From Macrostomum lignano (lineage: Eukaryota): 64,000 nucleotides of DNA. The stretch spans positions 124,001 to 188,000 of the forward strand of contig NIVC01000665.1 of NCBI GenBank assembly GCA_002269645.1, given 5' to 3'. Positions within the stretch are counted from its first letter, which is position 1. Every line of letters begins with the position of its first letter. Positions 60,501-64,000 of this stretch are shown piece by piece. A program made the translations under genes and the position numbers. Under the pieces are notes generated by a model that worked only from the letters and a program-made list of their open reading frames with translations, was not told the DNA's origin and did not search any database.

Positions 60501-63500
60501 TACCAGCTGAAAGTGCCTGTGTCCAACAAGAAGCCCTTCGGTCGGGGACAGGTGCGTTTACAAGCGATTGGCATGTTTAGGACAGACCTGGACTGGTCCT
60601 TATTTCACCTTTTCTGGTAATGCTTTCATCCTCACTGGAAGACCAAAAACTGTTATCGATGAGACAAAATGAATCAAATATGAGCCGCCAAGCTCAAAAA
60701 TCGTGGGTTCTTTTGATTGAATTAAAACATTGACTGCAACCATTCGGCTCATTATTGAAACTGTTTATAAAGATCAATGTCCTCGAGTCAACTCTAATTT
60801 ATTTCATCCCCAAAACCGCGTCACACCGCCAGGTGGATGAGTTCATGTGCAAGGGCCGTCAGCTGGGCCCCCTCAGCAAAGTTCGAATCTGGCACAACAA
60901 CCTCGGCTTCGCGGCCTCCTGGTACCTCGACAAGCTCATCATTGACGACTTGGCCTTGTCCAAGGTGTACGAGGTGCCCTGCTATCAGTGGTTCTCCCAG
61001 TCGGAAGGCGACCACAAGCTCTGTCGCGATCTTCCCGTTCGAAGCGGCGGTAGCGGTCTCGGGCCCTACAAAGAGGGCTCGGATGTGTCTTATGACATCC
61101 GTGTGAAGACGAGCGACCGGAAAAACGCCGGCACGTCTGCTCGCGTCTACATCGTTCTGCACCGCGACAGTAAGAAGGCCAAAAAGCCGAAGCGAAGCGA
61201 CAAGATCTGGCTGAAGTCCGGCAAGTTCGACCGCGGCAGCATCGACCGATTCGCCATCACGCTGCAGGACATGCTGTCGCCAGTCACCAAGCTGGACATC
61301 GGGCACGACAACAGCGGCGTGGGGCCCGGCTGGCACCTGGAATCGGTTTGTGCATTTTATGGGATCTTAGAAACTGATGCTACCGTTTGAAATTCACGCA
61401 GCTTATCCCTATTGAAAAAGAGTGAAACGTCAGCTCTTAAAGTCAGTGTCAAGTCCAGACCAATGTACTTCCCACTTAAGTCCTCTTTGGTCTTCTTTGG
61501 TAGAAGGTTGGGGAGAGTAAATGTCAATTACACTCATGTGGCGGTAAAATGACCCGGCTGTGGATATTTACTAAACAGTCTTGGTGAATAAACGCAACAT
61601 CACGTACTCTGCTTCTTGGGATTTACTTCCCATCGCATCTGCGGGCCACATGCGGCCCGAAAAGCCTCTCTAACCGGCCCTCGGGTCCTTTGAAACTTCA
61701 CAATATCTATAACAATCCGGCCCGCTCAAGGCTAGTGTCTATTCTCAGCTCTGCTGTCTCTAATCTCCTTCTCATCGCTTTTCTCTACTCTCTCCTCTCC
61801 CTTCTCTTCTCTCCTCTCCTCTCCTCTCCTCTCCTCTCCTCTCCTCTCCTCTCCTCTCCTCTCCTCTCCTCTCCTCTCCTCTCCTCTCCTCTCCTCTCCT
61901 CTCCTCTCCTCTCCTCTCCTCTCCTCTCCTCTCCTCTCCTCTTCTCTCCCCTTCTCTCCTCTCCCCTTCTCTCCTCTCCTCTTCTCTCCTCTCCTCTCCT
62001 CTCCCCTTTTCTCCTCTCCTCTCCTCTCCTCTCCTCTCCTCTCCTCTCCTCTCCTCTCCTCTCCTCTCCTCTCCTCTCCTCTCCTCTCCTCTCCTCTCCT
62101 TTCCTCTCCTCTCCTCTCCTCTCCTCTCCCCTTCTCTCCTCTCCTCTCCTCTCCTCTCCTCTTCTCTCCTCTCCTCTCCTCTCCTCTCCTCTCCTCTCCT
62201 CTCCTCTCCTCTCCTCTCCTCTCTTCTCTCCTCTTCTCTCCTCTCCTCTCCTCTCCTCTCCTCTCCTCTCTCCTCTCCTCTCCTCTCCTCTCCTCTTGTC
62301 TTCTCATTCATTCTCTCGCCTCTCCATTCTCTTATCTCTCTTCTCTATTCCCTCTCTACTCTCCCCTCCTCTTACCCGCGGTCATGCGCTAGGATCTGTC
62401 TGACCCTTGGGGTAAAAAGTTTACAGACCCACCCGTAGTGTAATAGACACTACGAGCGTGTGCAACAATAAGGAAGACATTTTGCTTTCAATGCTACTGT
62501 TCGTGAGTAGAGTTACTGTTTGCATTTCCATTATTTCTTTCCCAGGTGGTGATTTACTGTCCAATGACGGGCATAGAGCAGACTTTTGTCTGCAAGGAGT
62601 GGCTCAACACGGAGAACGCCTTCGAGAGAACCCTGATTGAAGACAAATCGCTTAGGAAGCAGAGAGATCAGCGTAAGCAGATAATCGATTTTGTAATTAG
62701 TTAAAAGTATATTCAACTGACCAAAGTACGAAATCGAAAGAATCATTATCTGACGCATTCGCTTTAAAATTTCATTGCAGAAGGTAAGACTCAAATAACG
62801 ACACCAGCTTTATTTAGATGTTTCCCCATAAACCTGTAAAAATCTTGTGGACAACCGTTTGGCATCATCATTTCGCCAATTAAGATTCACTTTTTTGTTG
62901 TCTATCCCATTCTAGTCTTTAACTTTTATTTCAAGAATTATTTTTTGTTCATGTTGTCTCTGAATTGCCGAATGTCTTTTTTATTAATTTTTAACTGAGA
63001 AATATTTTAGTTTTCATTCTGTAGAGTTACATTCGAGCGTACTGACTATAGAGTGATCTACAGAACTCTATCAATAAAATGTTCTGAATGAGTTTCTACA
63101 GTTGGGCAGCAGTTTACATTAATTAAATAATGTAAAGAGAATCAGCAGAATGGATAAAACCCTCTAAGTTTATATTTTTAGATTTAGTATATGGACTAGC
63201 AATCCAGTGCCCCCCTTCAGGGCGCCCAATAAGCAAGGGACAAAACATTATTTATGTGAATCCTATTTTTCTTGACACCTAAGCAATTCCCTCAGTAAGC
63301 CTCGACATCTCAGCAATTCCCCCCGTAAGCTGTCATCCAGTAAGTTATACAGATAAGTGATGAGTATTTCCGATCTCTCATGGCTGCAATCCCATTGAAA
63401 ACCGTCCCTGCCGAGCAGAGGAGGAGTGGGCGGTGGAGGTGCACACTGGCGACAAGCAGAGCGCCGGCACCGACGCCCGAGTCTTCCTGGCGCTCTATGG

Positions 63501-63811
63501 CGACAAAGGCAAATCAGACGAAATCTTCCTCGACTCTGTCCGAGACAGCTTCGAGCGCGGCAAGGTGGACAGCTTCCAGATTCACACGCCGTTGGTGGGG
63601 ACGCCGTTCAAAGTGCGGATCGGACACGACAACTCCGGGGCCGCGGCTGGCTGGTTCCTGGAGCGTCTGCTGATGAGGCGCACAGGTGACGGCAGCGACG
63701 ATGCGGGCTTCGAGTTCCAGTGCGGACGGTGGCTGGCCGAGAGCGAGGACGACAAGTGCATCGTGCGGGAGCTGCCGGCAGAGGGAAAAGGCATCAGGAG
63801 CGTCCTGCCAG
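57537..63811 (+). CDS. LOXHD1: LOXHD1-like multi-PLAT/LH2 domain protein (5' start uncertain, 3' part beyond window)
   Basis: Exons ~57537-57897, 58438-58660, 59167-59416, 59844-60551, 60833-61345, 62546-62672, 63419-63811, phase-compatible. Five tandem PLAT domains (Y.V.V.TGD..GAGTD..VFI.LYG; IRV.HD.SG..WFL..V; F.CG.WL). 57537 is TTG, not ATG. Confidence 0.85.
61640..62433 (+). mobile_element. hAT-derived relic containing an expanded (CTCCT)n array (~61790-62300)
   Basis: Core shared with 21886-21950. GCGGCCCG motif; degenerate right end AAAAGTTTACAGACCCACCCG. Confidence 0.55.
63196..63350 (-). mobile_element. Helitron-like fragment (second subfamily) in a LOXHD1-like intron
   Basis: Minus strand reads GGGCGCCCTGAAGGGGGGCACTGGATTG-CTAG and GGGGAATTGCTGAGATGTC, shared with 42120-42386. 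Confidence 0.5.
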
Positions 63812-64000
63812 GTGAGAGGGGGGCGTGGTTAAGTAGATAGTCATAAGTCTTCGTATTCGACACATTGCATGTGTATTTTGAAGGTGGCCTTCATAAACAA
63901 GTTTTTCTAGTCGTCCTTCATATTCTGACAGATTTCTGGATTTACCAGCCTTCATAAATCCAATCTTCCTAAATCGGCCTTCATAAATCGGCCTTGATAA

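Noticed and set aside
61690-62403. LLSSP / EERRG ORFs
   Set aside because: Translations of the (CTCCT)n array in a LOXHD1-like intron.

Overview
Eukaryotic (metazoan) genomic DNA with GC-rich exons, AT-rich intergenic DNA and introns packed with tandem repeats. This composition suggests a free-living flatworm such as Macrostomum, but that is inference only. Eight protein-coding genes were reconstructed by hand from GT-AG junctions and reading frame: a MATE/SLC47 transporter (-), condensin SMC4 (-), a secreted PAN+C-type lectin (+), PPP2R3C (-), a RIM-BP-like coiled-coil/FN3/SH3 protein (+), CHCHD1/mS37 (-), POLR3C (-) and a LOXHD1-like multi-PLAT protein (+, runs off the window). Mobile DNA includes head-to-tail satellite-carrying Helitron-like elements, a mariner relic with a MITE nested in its TIR, hAT-type MITEs and a tRNA-derived SINE head. 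The strongest observations are: (i) most long introns carry their own minisatellite, one family is shared by introns of two genes, and one array is built from about 30 consensus 5' splice sites; (ii) SMC4 has an in-frame ~235-aa acidic/basic insertion; (iii) the PPP2R3C start codon appears split across an 11-nt micro-exon; (iv) a 6.2-kb (TCTG)n intron shows ~1-kb higher-order structure. Most long ORFs in the ORF track are repeat artefacts.
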